Shown here: positions 16,901-29,276 of the stretch, piece after piece
Position numbering within the stretch: the stretch's first letter is position 1
How the letters are laid out: the number at the start of each line of letters is the position of its first letter
Translations under genes and position numbers: made by a program
From: Zygnema circumcarinatum SAG 698-1b
Taxonomy: Eukaryota; Plantae; Zygnematophyceae
Reading direction: 5' to 3'
Length of the DNA stretch: 64,000 nucleotides
Assembly (NCBI GenBank): GCA_037447605.1
Contig: CM074814.1
Coordinates: forward strand, 2,170,001-2,234,000
Notes under the pieces: model-generated
Seen by the model: only the letters and a program-made list of their open reading frames with translations
What the model was told of the DNA's origin: nothing
The model's database searches: none

Positions 16901-19345
16901 AACTTGAGGAATCATATTCAAACTTCAGAGGAAAAAGAGAGACGCTTCTTCAAGTGTGATAACTGTGCACAGAATGCCGGTTTTCGTGACTTGTTGAAAC
17001 TTTCCGTCGTACGAAACTAGCTGCCCACCTGATGCTTCTTGAGTAAGAACGAAGGGCTTGTTCAGGTAACATTTTCCATGAATGACCAATAGGCTTGCAA
17101 CAGGGGAGAGGCTGAGGGAGGGGGTTTAAGAAAGCGGAAGGAAAGGGAGAGGCAAGAGAGGAAAGGATGGCATTTGGAGAAGGGGAGAATGAAAAGGAAA
17201 GAGCAATCAACAGTCAAATCGACATGGGAGCCAAGCACATACCTGTTGAGAAATCTGGATCTCTCCACCTGGCTGAAGAAAGTTCGTGGACAATCCTCAA
17301 GCAGTCTACGCATACAAAGTTGATCGACAATTAGTGCAAATTACTTCGTTTCTAACTTTCGCTTTTGACCGTTTGTGCTTCAAACAGAAACAAGAAAATG
17401 TCAATTGGTCAGCATAAGACAGGCAAAAAGACTCACTTGAAATTTGTTGAGGTGAAGGGTTAAATCCCTGTGTAAGAACAACGGGGTGCAGAGTCAATAG
17501 CTGATATCAGTATTGATTACTATGATGATAGTACTTGTGTGTGTGTTGTCCTCATTAACATCCTCAATTCAATCGTGGCGTACTTATGCTGGACTTCTAA
17601 GTATAAAGAGCCATGACGTGCACAGAAGTGGGAGAGTTATCTGATAAAACTCGGGCTTACTGAGAGCCCGGCAATAACATCAGTCAGTCTTTCCTTTTCA
17701 GTTTTGAAATGGGAAAAACGACAAATAGGATTACTTTGGATGTTGCTGCGGTGAGCCACATAAGCAGGGGCATTTCTGGGTGAAGCAACACATCTTCAAC
17801 TGCAATAATGCTTAGACGTCGTAGAAATTCAATGAGGCCGTGCTCCTGTACGTAAAGGAAAAGTAAGGGTGTTCTCAGCACAGGTTCGCCAGGACCTGTA
17901 GAAATGTTCAAACATCTTCTTCGGCTCATGAGAAGAGATGTCCAAACATTTGAAGTCACGGGTTACTTTCCTGCCATCTGGCACATCTGATATCTGTAGC
18001 TGCTTATCGCTCATGATTTGCTTACTAGCGTACCTTGATGAGATGAACAGCCACCCTTATTGCAGGTCCAGATCGGCATAAGCGGATATTCTTCTGAAGG
18101 CTGCTCTTCAGAAGCTGCAAGATAAAAAAATGTCAGACAAACTTCTGAAATTGTTGACTGGGGAATTTTGAATACATGACAGGAACGGTATCCACGATAT
18201 CATGTAATGATAGTTATCTGTGGCATACCGAAGGCGAGAACCTCTTCCGGATTTTAACATTCGTATTGCTCATAAGTTTCGAATTTTCCCAGCTGACAAA
18301 ATGACCTCCTGAATTTGATGGCACGTTTGTAGTTATGTGGAGAGTGGTCGAGCCTTCGCCGCTCCCGTGCTTGAACTCCATGTCACACTTCCATAGAATT
18401 TCGGTACCATTACCACCTACACAGAGGCCAACAATAGTTCTTTCTGCCTCCCGTTGCCTTATAAGCAACTTTTTGTATGCGCATCCTTCTTGCTATAGCC
18501 AGCTCTCAGGCGACAATACTCTTGAGTATACAAGTGTTTATCCGGAGGCTTTATAGATTAAAAAATTCAGTACTCTGTTCACGGTTTGTGGGCTCAGCTT
18601 GAATCCTAGAATACCGAGCTCGTCTGAGAAACTCACATGCTTGCTGAGTCCATTTACAGCAGCTTCTTCCTGCTACCGCTTCCTCCAAACTGTTCACCGC
18701 AAGGCAATATGTTCATTGAATGGAGAACTACTACAAGTTTGAAAGTTCGCACAAAAGTAGACAATTAACAGCGATTGAGTAAGACGACTAAGTAGACGAT
18801 AAGCTGGCTTTTCAAAATTGCGATTCAAGTTCTTAGCAGTAATGGAACAGCACAACTGATACAAGTCTCAATGCTCGTGGTCATTTTGGTGCTTACTGGA
18901 ACCATTGTTGATTGCGTCTCGAGCGACTCTTCTGTGATGCCAGTAGCGTCGCGAAGGCATTTTTTCCCGAATAATCGGATAAAGGATCGTTCTCATTCAA
19001 CCATTTGCTCTTCGTTGATTCGTTTACTGAAATAGTTTCGAAAATCTCTGACTCTTTTGCATCGCGGCCGGCAGGGTCCACCGATGTGGCTGACTGGACA
19101 TGTTCCGACTTTTGAAATAAATTACTCTGAAAAAAGGAGTACAGGCTTTGCAACTTCGGAAAAGTCCGGCGACGTTTATTCAAATGCTTATCGGACTTGA
19201 ATCCGGGCGATTTCTTTCTACTAGAAGAGAGAAGAGCTGCTTCCTCCACTGATGATCTCTTTCCAAGCGTTATACTTTCGCTATCCTTCTCGTCAAGAGT
19301 CATATCTGGAGGAAGATCAGCTACCAAATCCATGTCTCTCTGCAC
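13915..19345 (-). CDS. Conserved uncharacterised multi-exon protein; central motifs resemble the C-terminal helical region of WRNIP1/MgsA(RarA)-type proteins; 5' end uncertain
   Basis: Spliced minus-strand exons give LLKSSLQKNIRLCRSGPAIRVAVHLIK (~18040-18115), EHGLIEFLRRLSIIAVEDVLLHPEMPLLMWLTAATSK (~17740-17850), SAVDFHCSRIVEDLLE (~15360 joined to ~15210), VKDAIWLFRSSINKKQ (~14790/14495), final LWRALEDWARDYSRKHINSRFQVH* (stop 13915). Confidence 0.7.
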
Positions 19346-19959
19346 AAGCTTCCATCCCCTATTAACTCAAACGGTGCAGGAGCTGCAGCATTGCCATAAA
19401 AATTTCATCATTTCCATAAGAGCAAGAGGTTGCGGCCTAGCCAGGACCTCCGGCAGCCAAACCATCCATGGCAGCCTCCATCTGCGATTAGGCAGCAGAT
19501 TGGGCGAGGGCGGGAAAATTCCCGCTTTCTCCTGGCGCTGGGACGACCCCCGGGCGTTCACGATACAATACAATACGATATGATACCGTGATATATCGTA
19601 TTGCCATTGTACTTGGTACGATACTAAACGATACGATATACAGATAGACGAAGGTGAAGGGATGCCAAAGACAGTTTTCATAGACAGAATTTCTTGAGTC
19701 AGTGCACTTGTTTTTCAAAGATGCTTTTGCATTTTCAATGTCTTCGCATCCAAAGAGAACGATTTTATCTTTCATGTATTACGAAAACCATAAACAATAC
19801 CTCCAGCAAAAATCCTCCAAAGTTTGCAAAACTCTTGAATCCCTATGAAGGCCTTCAGAACTCGACCGACCTATTTCTGTCCCTCCCTCTGACTCTCTCC
19901 CACCACTTCCGCCCTTGAGAAATGTGTTGAGAGAGCAGGGGAGGGGATCGGCCGTGGCC

Positions 19960-22900
19960 ATGGCTTTCCTCCCCAGGGAGCTCGCAGCTCGTCTCTCGTC
20001 TCCGCCATGGCGCAGCCTTCTCCTCCATGGCTTCCAATCCCTCTCCATTTCCTCGTCTTTTCAGTCGCCGCGCGTCCTTGACACTCCTCTCTCTTCCCTC
20101 GCTTCCTTCTCTTCTTCGGCAGCTTCTGCAGCTGCTGATTTGGATGCATCTGCCGACATTTTTCTGGAATCTCCCGTAGACTTCAATATTGGTGAAGATG
20201 GTAGAGGAGGTGGCGAAGGACAACGCGCAACGCATGCACGAGACGCTCCCCCTGCATGGAGGCATGGACATGGGCATGCTGATAGGCCATTATGGCACAG
20301 GTTGCCACCTGTTGAGCATTCTGATGGATTTTTAGGTCAAAATGGAGCTCCAACAGCATTGAAGTGGGTGGAGAAATGCTGCGCGGATCTCCCCAACAGT
20401 TTCTTGCGGAAATTATTTCGCAAGCGCCAGGTAGAATAGGCAGAGAAATTCAATTTGCAGAAAGGATAATGGTTCAAGATAATCTCTGGAGGGATTAAAG
20501 GTTCCGCTTTTCCATCAAATGAAAAATTCTGGTGTTGCTATAGTCATAACGACAGTGAGCAAGTGAAGAAGGGTCGAAATATAAAACTAACTCTTATGAA
20601 CAGTCACAGCTTTTGAACGTGTGACAAAGTTACCACTGTAGGGATTCAGGGGAAAGTGACAGTATTAATATGAGATTGAAAACTCGGCAGCTCTGGCCTT
20701 AAAGCAGGAGTAGAATTCTGTAAAGAGGAGAGTGCGAACATTCTAAATTTTTGGATTGCCCTTTCAAGTCAATGGAGCCGAATTTAGGATTCCACTATAG
20801 GGAGTTTGTCTTAGCTGAGACGTCCAGCGATGCTCAGGGAGCCTTCGTTTTGTATTCTGCATCCTCCTGACGTTCCGAGGCAATATCGTTGTCTGTGGAG
20901 TCTTTAGAACTCGAAGTCTCAGCATCTTGTTATGCTTAATTTCAGTGTTTTTTTTTTCCCTTTTTTGTTTCTTGGTACAAACAGGTGCGCATTCTTAAGT
21001 CCACTGTTGTTCGAGCACCTGTTTGCAGCGATTCCACACTGGATGGTTCTGAAACGGACCTAGATTCCCAGCTGTTCCAAGATGCAGAGCCTGAGCATCA
21101 ACAGCTTAGACGAGTGAGTTTCACATGGCACAGCCCAATACATTTGTCTGGCCATTCTGCAAGCATTTATTCCATGATAAAACCTGAAACGTGAGAAGGT
21201 GATAGGATTTTTTCTCTTTTTATGCAGTTTTGACAGTTTTGGGCACTAATCAATTGGCCTTCAGACTCTCCATGGATTGGACGCAATGTCTTCAGAGTCC
21301 ATTCGTTGGCTTGAAAATTTACCGTTCTTGGAAGCTCATCTATCGGTTTTGTTTCTCTTTTGGTATCTTCTTACACTTGCTGAAAACCACCAATCCTGTT
21401 TTCTGCATTTGCAGGTTAGTGAGGGAGAGATTTTGTCAGCAGGAACCATTGTTCATTTGCCAGCCCATGTCACGCTGCAAAGGTCTTTTGCTGGTCCGAA
21501 TGGATCGCAAGGGGGAGAGTCTGTACCATCCAAGGAAGTAAAGGACCATATATTACCTTCAGAAGAGGATGTGGAGCTTTTGAGAAGGAGAATCCTTTAT
21601 AAGGTGAGCCACTCGCCGATGAAGCATGTATTGAAATGATGCACTATTGGCGCATGTCATGTGGGTGTTGTGTTCTAAGCAATTGGAGTTTAAAGCCATT
21701 GGTGCCACACAGCTAGAGTTCATCTTTCTTATCTACACATATTGATGGTGGTGGTTGCAATACAGGACGAGCACATTATTGTGCTGAACAAGCCACCGGG
21801 TCTTCCTGTTCAAGTAGGTTCTTTCCTCCTTTTTAAGCTCCCTGGAGTATCTCCTAACTTGAGTGCTTTGGTTTCTTAAAGCTGCTGATACATGCATTGT
21901 CAATCGTGATGCAGATTGAAATTATTCAGTTCTTGGCATGTCTTTTCCATTTTTTTAATTCCCGTCCTTAATCTGTGCTTGCTGCTATGGAATCAAAACA
22001 CATTCCATCCATGCAAAACAGAGGTATTTGTGAGTTTATCGTACTTGTGGGTCTAGGTTGGATTGTGGTGGCCTTGCAGGGTGGCTCTAACGTGAAGTGC
22101 AGCCTCGATTCGCTGATGGCCTCTGCCCTCACATTCAAAGCTTCTGAATCTCCCCGTCTGGTGCACTTTTCTCCATGCTTCCTAGCAGCAATCGTGCCTC
22201 CTGCTTCATATTATCAATTACCTTCCTTGCTCCGTAAAGGCCGGCCTGGTTCAAAATTAGTTTTAGACCGTTTTTAGTTGTGACACCCGCAACGGGACTG
22301 CAACCCTGTATACGCATAGTCTGTTATTTATAACTTTTTTGTCTTACACTTTTTTGGACCGTTTCTTTTTGTGAAAGTGCATAGTTCTTAGAACAATAGA
22401 GAATTCTCAACAGGAAGCTATCTCAAGCTATGCCCTGTACATCTCAACATCTGCTTATCTCCCAGTTAACACTTCGCTGAACCTGTGTTGTTGCTGCATC
22501 GTTGTCTTGCAGGTACATAGGCTGGATAAAGGTACGAGTGGCGCCATGGTTTTGGGTCGCACTCAGGAGGCAACCCGCTTTCTACATGCCTTGTTGAGAG
22601 AGAAGACTGCAGCAGCTTCTGCTTTGAAGCAGGAGGTGGGCAAACATGAAGGCACTACTCAGCATGCTAACCAAGTGTCGTTGGTGACATGCAAATGTGG
22701 TTCAGTTTGATTGTGCTGCTTGGAAAACACAGACATGTGCGTTAAGCAGTTTATTAATGACATCTGAATCGGAGGTTGTTCTATGAAACTGTGGGATGGA
22801 TGGTTGGATGGAGACGTTGGAAGTACAGAAGGACGAAGGAAGGGGGAGTATGAGGAGAGCTTATTGGGCTCTTGTGGCGGGCACTCCTAAATCGAAAAAG

Positions 22901-24334
22901 GGAGTTATCGACGTTCCATTGATACGAGTGAGTAGGATAACTTATTCGTTGTGGACCAAAGTACAAGATGCAAATTACTCAACATTGAGAAAGCTTTAAA
23001 TGTTAGCGCGTTAGTAACATTTTCTCCTTGCAATCTTCGCTCTTTTTTTTTTCTTTGAATTCTGAGTTTTGGAGGGATGGCGGCAGGTCCCAGCTTGCAG
23101 CGGAAAATCTGACAGAGTAGTTATTGCGGAACAAAACAGCAACCGGACGGACAGCATGAAGGCAGTAACTCAGTACAGGGTGATCCAAACGAATTCAACA
23201 GGTATGAAAATGAGCACATAGATTAGTGGCAGTTTTGAGACAATGTTTGTTATTGCAAGAAAATCTTCAGGGCATGAGATCATTTAAGTCTTATCCCTTT
23301 TACTTCTTATTGTATGTCGTTTGTTCTTCCACTTCCGTTTCTGTGATTAACGGAAGTACAAATAGTGACATATCGGCACTGAGGGTAAATGTTTCAAGAA
23401 GTAAAGCATTGAGCGTCTGTTTCATGAATCAACATTCTCATCATCTCAAACAAAAGTTTGAACCGATGAAGTCCTTCAAATACCTGAAGGTTTTGGATCG
23501 GGCCCTTTCCATGTCCATAGCAAGTAAAGCATGCTTTCTTATCCTGTACTCCCACTCACATAAGGGAAGTGCTGTGAGGTCATTGCAGGATTTACATGGC
23601 TCGAACTTCGCCCTCTTACTGGTCGAAAGCATCAGGTGAGTTGTGTCGACGACTCCCTCCTACAATATGGAGGATATCAAAGCAGTGGAAATTGAACTCT
23701 GACTAGGCTCTTCGAGCGTAAGGGAGAGCACTTTCGCATTTAGGGTTTTTGAAGCTGTGATCTTCCAAAACTTGCCCTTTAGCTAGCCTACTTTTTAATC
23801 CTCAAAAATTCCTTGTTGTTCCGCTCTTTGACTGGTGGTCCGTTTGACTCCCGTGCATTTCAGCTTCGGGTGCACTGTGCTTCAGTATTGGGGCTGCCCA
23901 TTGTGGGCGACTACAAGTACGGGGCCTGGGTGAGTGATGCGTGGCGACTCAGGGAGGAGGCAGATCGAGGTAAAGGAGAGGGAGAGGATGAGCATCCAAT
24001 GGAAAACATGTCGCGGCCTTTAGAGAGCCGTGGACCTGGCAGTGAGGTGGCTGGGATTGGTGTTACTATTAATGTTGCAGGAAAGGGCGGGAGTGAGAGT
24101 GATGGGAGTGGAGAGTTGGGAAGGATAGAGAGGTTATTAAAGTGGCATGGGAGCCTTAGGAGTATCAAGCCATGGCTGCATCTCCATTGCAGACATTTGT
24201 GGCTCCCTGATTTGGTGGAGTTGAAGAAGAGAGGTTCGGAAGGGGGGGTGAGAGAGAAAGAGCGGCACTTTGTAGCGCCATTGTCTTCACACATGGCGGA
24301 GAGTTGGAGGTTATTGGGCTTCCGATCAGAATAA
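19960..24334 (+). CDS. RluA/C/D-family RNA pseudouridine synthase, organellar (plant mitochondrial type)
   Basis: About 10 exons from 19960-20430 to ~23861-24334. [38 protein letters not shown], catalytic [10 protein letters not shown] (22513ff), [39 protein letters not shown]. Ser/Arg/Leu-rich N-terminal presequence. Confidence 0.92.
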
Positions 24335-24539
24335 GGTAGAGATTTTCGGTTTTTTTGGGTTACAGCCTTGGAGAGCAGGAGTGATAGTTGCTTCGCTTCT
24401 CTCTATGACTCCCTCCACTCAGCCCCGTTGCCAAATATGTGTGTCAGTAAGCTTGGATGTGCGTACAGGCAGCATGCATGTGTCTGACCTTCAATCTTGG
24501 AACGTGACTCCGTCGACATTTGCTTTGAAATTGCCGGTC

Positions 24540-24956
24540 ATGAGTGAATATGCAACAATGCACAGGAGGTCGGAGGATGTTGAACGACCTTTTTATCTTG
24601 ATCAATGTGAAGTCCTAAGGTGCTTGGGGGCGATTGCAAACATGGAGGGGGAGGGGAGAAGGAAGGCATTAGAAAATCTCCAGCACTATTCCAGAGTCAA
24701 TGATGCTGCTCGCGAGGCTATTGCGTCGGCTTCAGCACTGCCTGTGCTTATTCCTCTGCTCCACTCCAAGGACTCCTGGATAGTGGAAGCAGCTGTGACT
24801 GTTATTTTCAACATTTTTTTGCTCCCTCAGTATAAACTGGCAGCGATAGATTGCGGTGTTTTGCCTGCTCTGGTGCGAGTTTCTCTCGAGGCTGAAAGCA
24901 GCACTGCTCGTGAAGTTGCTGTAAATCTATCACTTCCGAAAGCAGTGAAAGAGTAA
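24540..24956 (+). CDS. Short intronless armadillo-repeat ORF (U-box/ARM-like fragment), possibly truncated
   Basis: AREAIASASALPVLIPLLHSKDSWIVEAAVTVIFNI..AAIDCGVLPALVRV fits two ARM repeats; stops abruptly; no U-box seen. Confidence 0.55.
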   Translation: MSEYATMHRRSEDVERPFYLDQCEVLRCLGAIANMEGEGRRKALENLQHYSRVNDAAREAIASASALPVLIPLLHSKDSWIVEAAVTVIFNIFLLPQYKLAAIDCGVLPALVRVSLEAESSTAREVAVNLSLPKAVKE

Positions 24957-25766
24957 AAGGCGAATGATCATTGCGCAAGTCCTTGCGCAAAAGTCGAGAA
25001 TGCTCATTTGGTGTTGATCATCAGAAGTACATTGAAAAGGGTCACTGTGAAGAATTGACATGAAAAAGTGTAACAACGACCTTCAACACAGCCAGCAAAT
25101 TCTAAAGAGTCGAAAATGAACACTGCCAATGTTTGGCACCGTACAGACAAGCTGCAGATGGAGGGTTCCATACAGAGACAGACAGACAGTAATGTTGCCA
25201 ATGGTTGGCTCCATACAGTAGTAGCCGTACATTGAGCATCCTATGGACTCTTTGCTCCTGAACATGATGCAGATGCCATGAGCACCCATGGCCATCATCA
25301 TCATCATGTGCTCAAGCCATGGGAGCCAGTGCATGCAGAGCATGTCCCTCCGCACAAGAGAAGAAACGAGCAAAGAAAACACCACACGCATTGCAGTATT
25401 CGCATCTTCAGAGGACCACACACAGTTGAAAAAAACACATTTCAGAAACTTCAAAGCGTGCAGTTTGCTGAAAATAAAAATGACTGCCAAAAGCAATGGA
25501 AAATTAAAAAAGTAGAAGCCCAACTTTCTCTCTAAGCCCCAGCCCTTCATCTTTTGGGTTTTCCACGTTGTCATTTTCTCCAAAGCTAACTCACAGTCTG
25601 GACTTTGCATCCCTTTAAAAAAAAAGTTGAAAAAGAAAAAAGGTCAAATCTTTCACCTACGGCAAACTTCTGCTCGAGCTTAAAAAGGAAACCGAGCCTT
25701 AAATATCACTAAAAATGACACCTTTAAATTATTCAATGCCAAAATTTGGCATTTTCTGGCCCTCCT

Positions 25767-27455
25767 CTACATTCTTCCTCTCACCCAAAAGTTCAGCCAA
25801 CGACCATGCAGAATATTTTCAAACGTTGGCCTCTCTTCCTTGGCCGACAACATTTCAAAAATCAACTTCTTTGCATGGTGTGACACCTTTTCCCAGTGCG
25901 GCCCGCTAAAGGGCCCCTGACCTTGACCGGGGAAGTCGCCCCCCAACATTCTGTATAGAAGCACACCCGCGGACCAAACGTCCGCAGGCATTCCGTACGC
26001 CATATCCCACGCGACCTCCGGCGCCATATACAAAGGAGTCCCGCAAACTCCGCCATACACCTCACTCCCGTGCTCGAGTCCGAGCGATAACCCGAAGTCG
26101 GCAATCTTTACGTGCTCTAACCCTTCCCCTTTGTCCTTCACTAATATGTTCTCGAGCTTCAAATCTCTATGCAAGAGATTTCTCGAGTGCATTTCTACCA
26201 TGCCTTTACAAATCTGATGAAATACTTGGGCTGCTTTCCATTCAGGAAAGCATCCTCCCCACTCGTTGAGTTGGTCGAGGAGGGACCCCCCCTCGCACAA
26301 CTCCATCACGAAATAAACATTTGAAGCGTCTTGGAACACTTGCCTCAGTTCGACAAAGTGTTGATTATCTTGGAGGCGCCACATTGCGAGTGCTTCTACC
26401 TCCAACGCCTCCACGTCAGCAGTTTCCTTCACCACGCATTTGCATGCGACCAGTTCCGACGTCGCGCGATCGCGACACGCCCAGACAGCCCCGAAGCCTC
26501 CCTCGCCCAATTTGAAGAGGAAGTCGAATCGCTGGAAGGGATCGAAGAGCTCGAACTGTGGAAAGAAGAGAGGGGAGGAAGGCTCCTCTCGGCCTCTCTC
26601 CTCTTCTCCGAAAACGTCAAAGTAGAGGGGGCCCAAACAGACTCGCGCCTCCTCTGAAGGGATCTCCGCATCCCTCAACGATGCATCTTTGGCCTCCCCA
26701 AAGATGGTGTAATAAAGCCCGCCGAGGCATTCCCGCGCATCACACGAAGGAACCTCCTCCTCCGCACTCCCATTCGTCTCTCTCTCAGCCTGCCTCTCAC
26801 TCTGTCCCAATCCCTTACTGTCTCCCGAACCCATCTCCTCTCCCAATCCGAGTCCCTCTCCCTCTCCCTCTTCCTCTCCTCCATCCTCTACCTCTGCCTC
26901 ATCCTCTCCCTCATCCTCTACCTCTTCCTCTTCCGGTCCCTCTTCCTCTCCCTCTTTCTCTCCCTCCTCCTCTATCTTGGCCTCATCCTCTCTCTCACCA
27001 TATAACACTTCCTCTGCCTCTCCCTCTCCCTCTTCCTCTCCTCCATCCTCTACCTCCGCCTCATCTTCTCCCTCATCCTCCACCTCTTCCGCTTCCGATC
27101 CCTCTAATTCTCCCTCTTTCTCTCCATCCTCCTCTACATCTGCCTCATCCTCTCCCACTTCCTCTACCTCTTCCTCTCCCGATCCCGCTACCTCTCCCTC
27201 TCCCTCGTCCTCTCCCACTACTTCCACCTCTGCCGCTCCCTCCCTCGCCCCCTCTTCCTCTACCAATTCGGTCAATCGGTCATTCTCATACCTCACATGT
27301 CTCAGTCTCGGAACAGCGCTAAATCCGAGCAATTCCGGCAGCGCGACATCCGCGAGGAACGCGATGAAGCCGCGCGCCTCCTCCAGCAGCAGCGCGCTGT
27401 CAGCCATGGCTTCCAGTAGGCCCCTCCGCCCCGCCGAAGACACGACCAGCCCCAT
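25767..27455 (-). CDS. Intronless CAMK-group (CDPK-related, EF-hand-less) Ser/Thr kinase with long acidic N-terminus
   Basis: 562-aa ORF with LGEGGFGAV, VACK, HRDLKLEN, DFG, GTPLYMAPE, DVWSAG intact; MGLVVSS start; Glu-rich repeats EEVEDEGEDEAEVEDGGEEEGEGE. Confidence 0.9.
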   Translation of the reverse strand: MGLVVSSAGRRGLLEAMADSALLLEEARGFIAFLADVALPELLGFSAVPRLRHVRYENDRLTELVEEEGAREGAAEVEVVGEDEGEGEVAGSGEEEVEEVGEDEADVEEDGEKEGELEGSEAEEVEDEGEDEAEVEDGGEEEGEGEAEEVLYGEREDEAKIEEEGEKEGEEEGPEEEEVEDEGEDEAEVEDGGEEEGEGEGLGLGEEMGSGDSKGLGQSERQAERETNGSAEEEVPSCDARECLGGLYYTIFGEAKDASLRDAEIPSEEARVCLGPLYFDVFGEEERGREEPSSPLFFPQFELFDPFQRFDFLFKLGEGGFGAVWACRDRATSELVACKCVVKETADVEALEVEALAMWRLQDNQHFVELRQVFQDASNVYFVMELCEGGSLLDQLNEWGGCFPEWKAAQVFHQICKGMVEMHSRNLLHRDLKLENILVKDKGEGLEHVKIADFGLSLGLEHGSEVYGGVCGTPLYMAPEVAWDMAYGMPADVWSAGVLLYRMLGGDFPGQGQGPFSGPHWEKVSHHAKKLIFEMLSAKEERPTFENILHGRWLNFWVRGRM

Positions 27456-28557
27456 CTCTCTCCCTCTGCGCTCAAGGCCGCGTCTTTCTCTCTCTCTCCC
27501 TCCCTTATCCTCTCCCTCCCCCTCTCCCTCTCTGGCCCTCCCTCCCTCAGAGAGGTGTTTGACCGCGCGTCCGCCCGCCGCCCCGTCACTCGCGCTGCGC
27601 CACGAGGAAGTAAAGATCAGTCGCCACGTGGTGGCATCGCAGTGGTCGATGTTACCACGTCGGACGAAGCGCGCGGCCGAGATCGCTTTTTAGCGCCACG
27701 TCATCATCCCGAGGGCGGGCCCGTCCGTACGGTCGGAGGGCTCCCTCGCGAGGGCTTGAAAATTTGCGCAGCTTTTGAGGAGTTTCGTTTCGTCCGCCAC
27801 GTTCGGGCAGAAATAAATGTTCCCGCACGCCCGAAATGGCTGTACGGGCGCTCCGCATCGCTTGACGGACGGCGCAGATGCGTTCACCGTTGGCTGCCCG
27901 CGGCAAATGTTTCAGTCGGTGCTGCCTGCCCGCTTCCCGCCGTCGAATTTTCTGATCTGACGATGTTTCGCGTCCTCGGCCTCCGCCAAATGTATCACTC
28001 GCGAGGTGCCCTGATCCTTGGCACGTGGGATGGCACTGAGTTTTCTTGAGAACCAGTACTTGGCACATGACTTCAATTATGGGAATAATACTACGCATAT
28101 TACGTATTCTATAAATATGTCAACTATTTTGTCAAGGTGTTGTTACCGGCCATTAGTCCAGATACGTCCAAGCGCGCTTTCGCTAAAGACAAAATGTCAT
28201 AAAAGCTGACCGGAGATTGGCCAATCAGCGTGTGCCAGCTCATCCATACGAGACCACATTATGCCACGTGGCATTTTTTGGGTCCACATGGCGCGCTGTG
28301 ACGATGCCACGCTTCGCTCTCCTCCTTTCGTTCCGCTACGCGACAGTTTTGTTCATAGGTGGCACTCTAAGAGGATGATTTCAACCTGACGGGTTTCTTC
28401 TTCTTCTTCATTTTTTCTTCTTTTGGGCGAGCGACCAGTGGACGAACCAACCGCCCATCAACAAACAAACGCAGCGCTTGGAATACAACACAATAATACG
28501 ATACTGGGGGGGGCAGACTTGGCGGAACTTCGCTAAGAAACGGACACACACGCCAAG

Positions 28558-28745
28558 CTCTAGCACTACCTCTAGCTCTAGCTCCAGCTCTAGCTCTAGC
28601 TTTAGCTCTAGCTCCAGCTCTACCTCTAGCTCTAGCCCTAGCTCTAGCTCTAGCTTGATTACAACAACAAAAGACAGAGAGAGAGCGAGAATCATCCATC
28701 CATCCATTCATCCACCCATTCATTCATCCATCCATCCATCCATTC
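28558..28745. repeat. (TCTAGC)n hexamer array followed by (ATCC)n
   Basis: Directly visible at 28558-28655 and 28693-28745. Confidence 0.85.
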
Positions 28746-29276
28746 ATCATACATACATGGCCTGTCGCGACAACAAACCACGCACACTGGATTCGCCTAT
28801 CGCCCCGATACGATACGATACGCGTGGCGCATGCCAGACTGAATATCGAGATACTTCTGTATCATATCGGTCCTCGGTTTTGGACTTCGGCAGTGTGGCG
28901 CGGTCGAGGCCACGTGATATATCGTATCTCCTGGGATATATCAAATCGCCGTTTAATACCAGGTCTATGCTAGTTTCCAGTTACTGTTCAACTGCCTTCC
29001 AGTTCCATGCTAGATTTTATGGGCTCACGCTCCAAAAACGTTAGCTGAGACTGCGGTTCGCTGTGGCAAATTTGGTTTTAGAAATTCTAGGAGAGCCGTG
29101 CACTGCAGGATACGATTCACGGGGTTAGAGTTCAGGTTTTTGGGTTTTAGAACATCAGGATTTAGGGTTAAGAGCATGCAGGTTTTGGGATTTCAGGGTT
29201 TACTCAATGTCCAAAACGGCATTTGCCTCCCTTTTTCTTTTTTAAATCACCCAATTCTCAGTGACAATGTCAGAAG

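Noticed and set aside
16430-17040. Plus-strand peptide-like fragments inside an intron (possible retroelement remnant)
   Set aside because: No RT, RNase H, integrase or endonuclease motif recognisable.
25278-25535. His-rich 85-aa ORF
   Set aside because: Short, driven by a (CAT)n run, between converging 3' ends, with no splice or homology support.
26558-27693. Plus-strand Pro/Ser-rich ORFs
   Set aside because: Antisense shadows of the kinase's Glu-rich repeats.
28367-29044. RARARA / LELELE / poly-Ser ORFs
   Set aside because: Translations of the (TCTAGC)n microsatellite.
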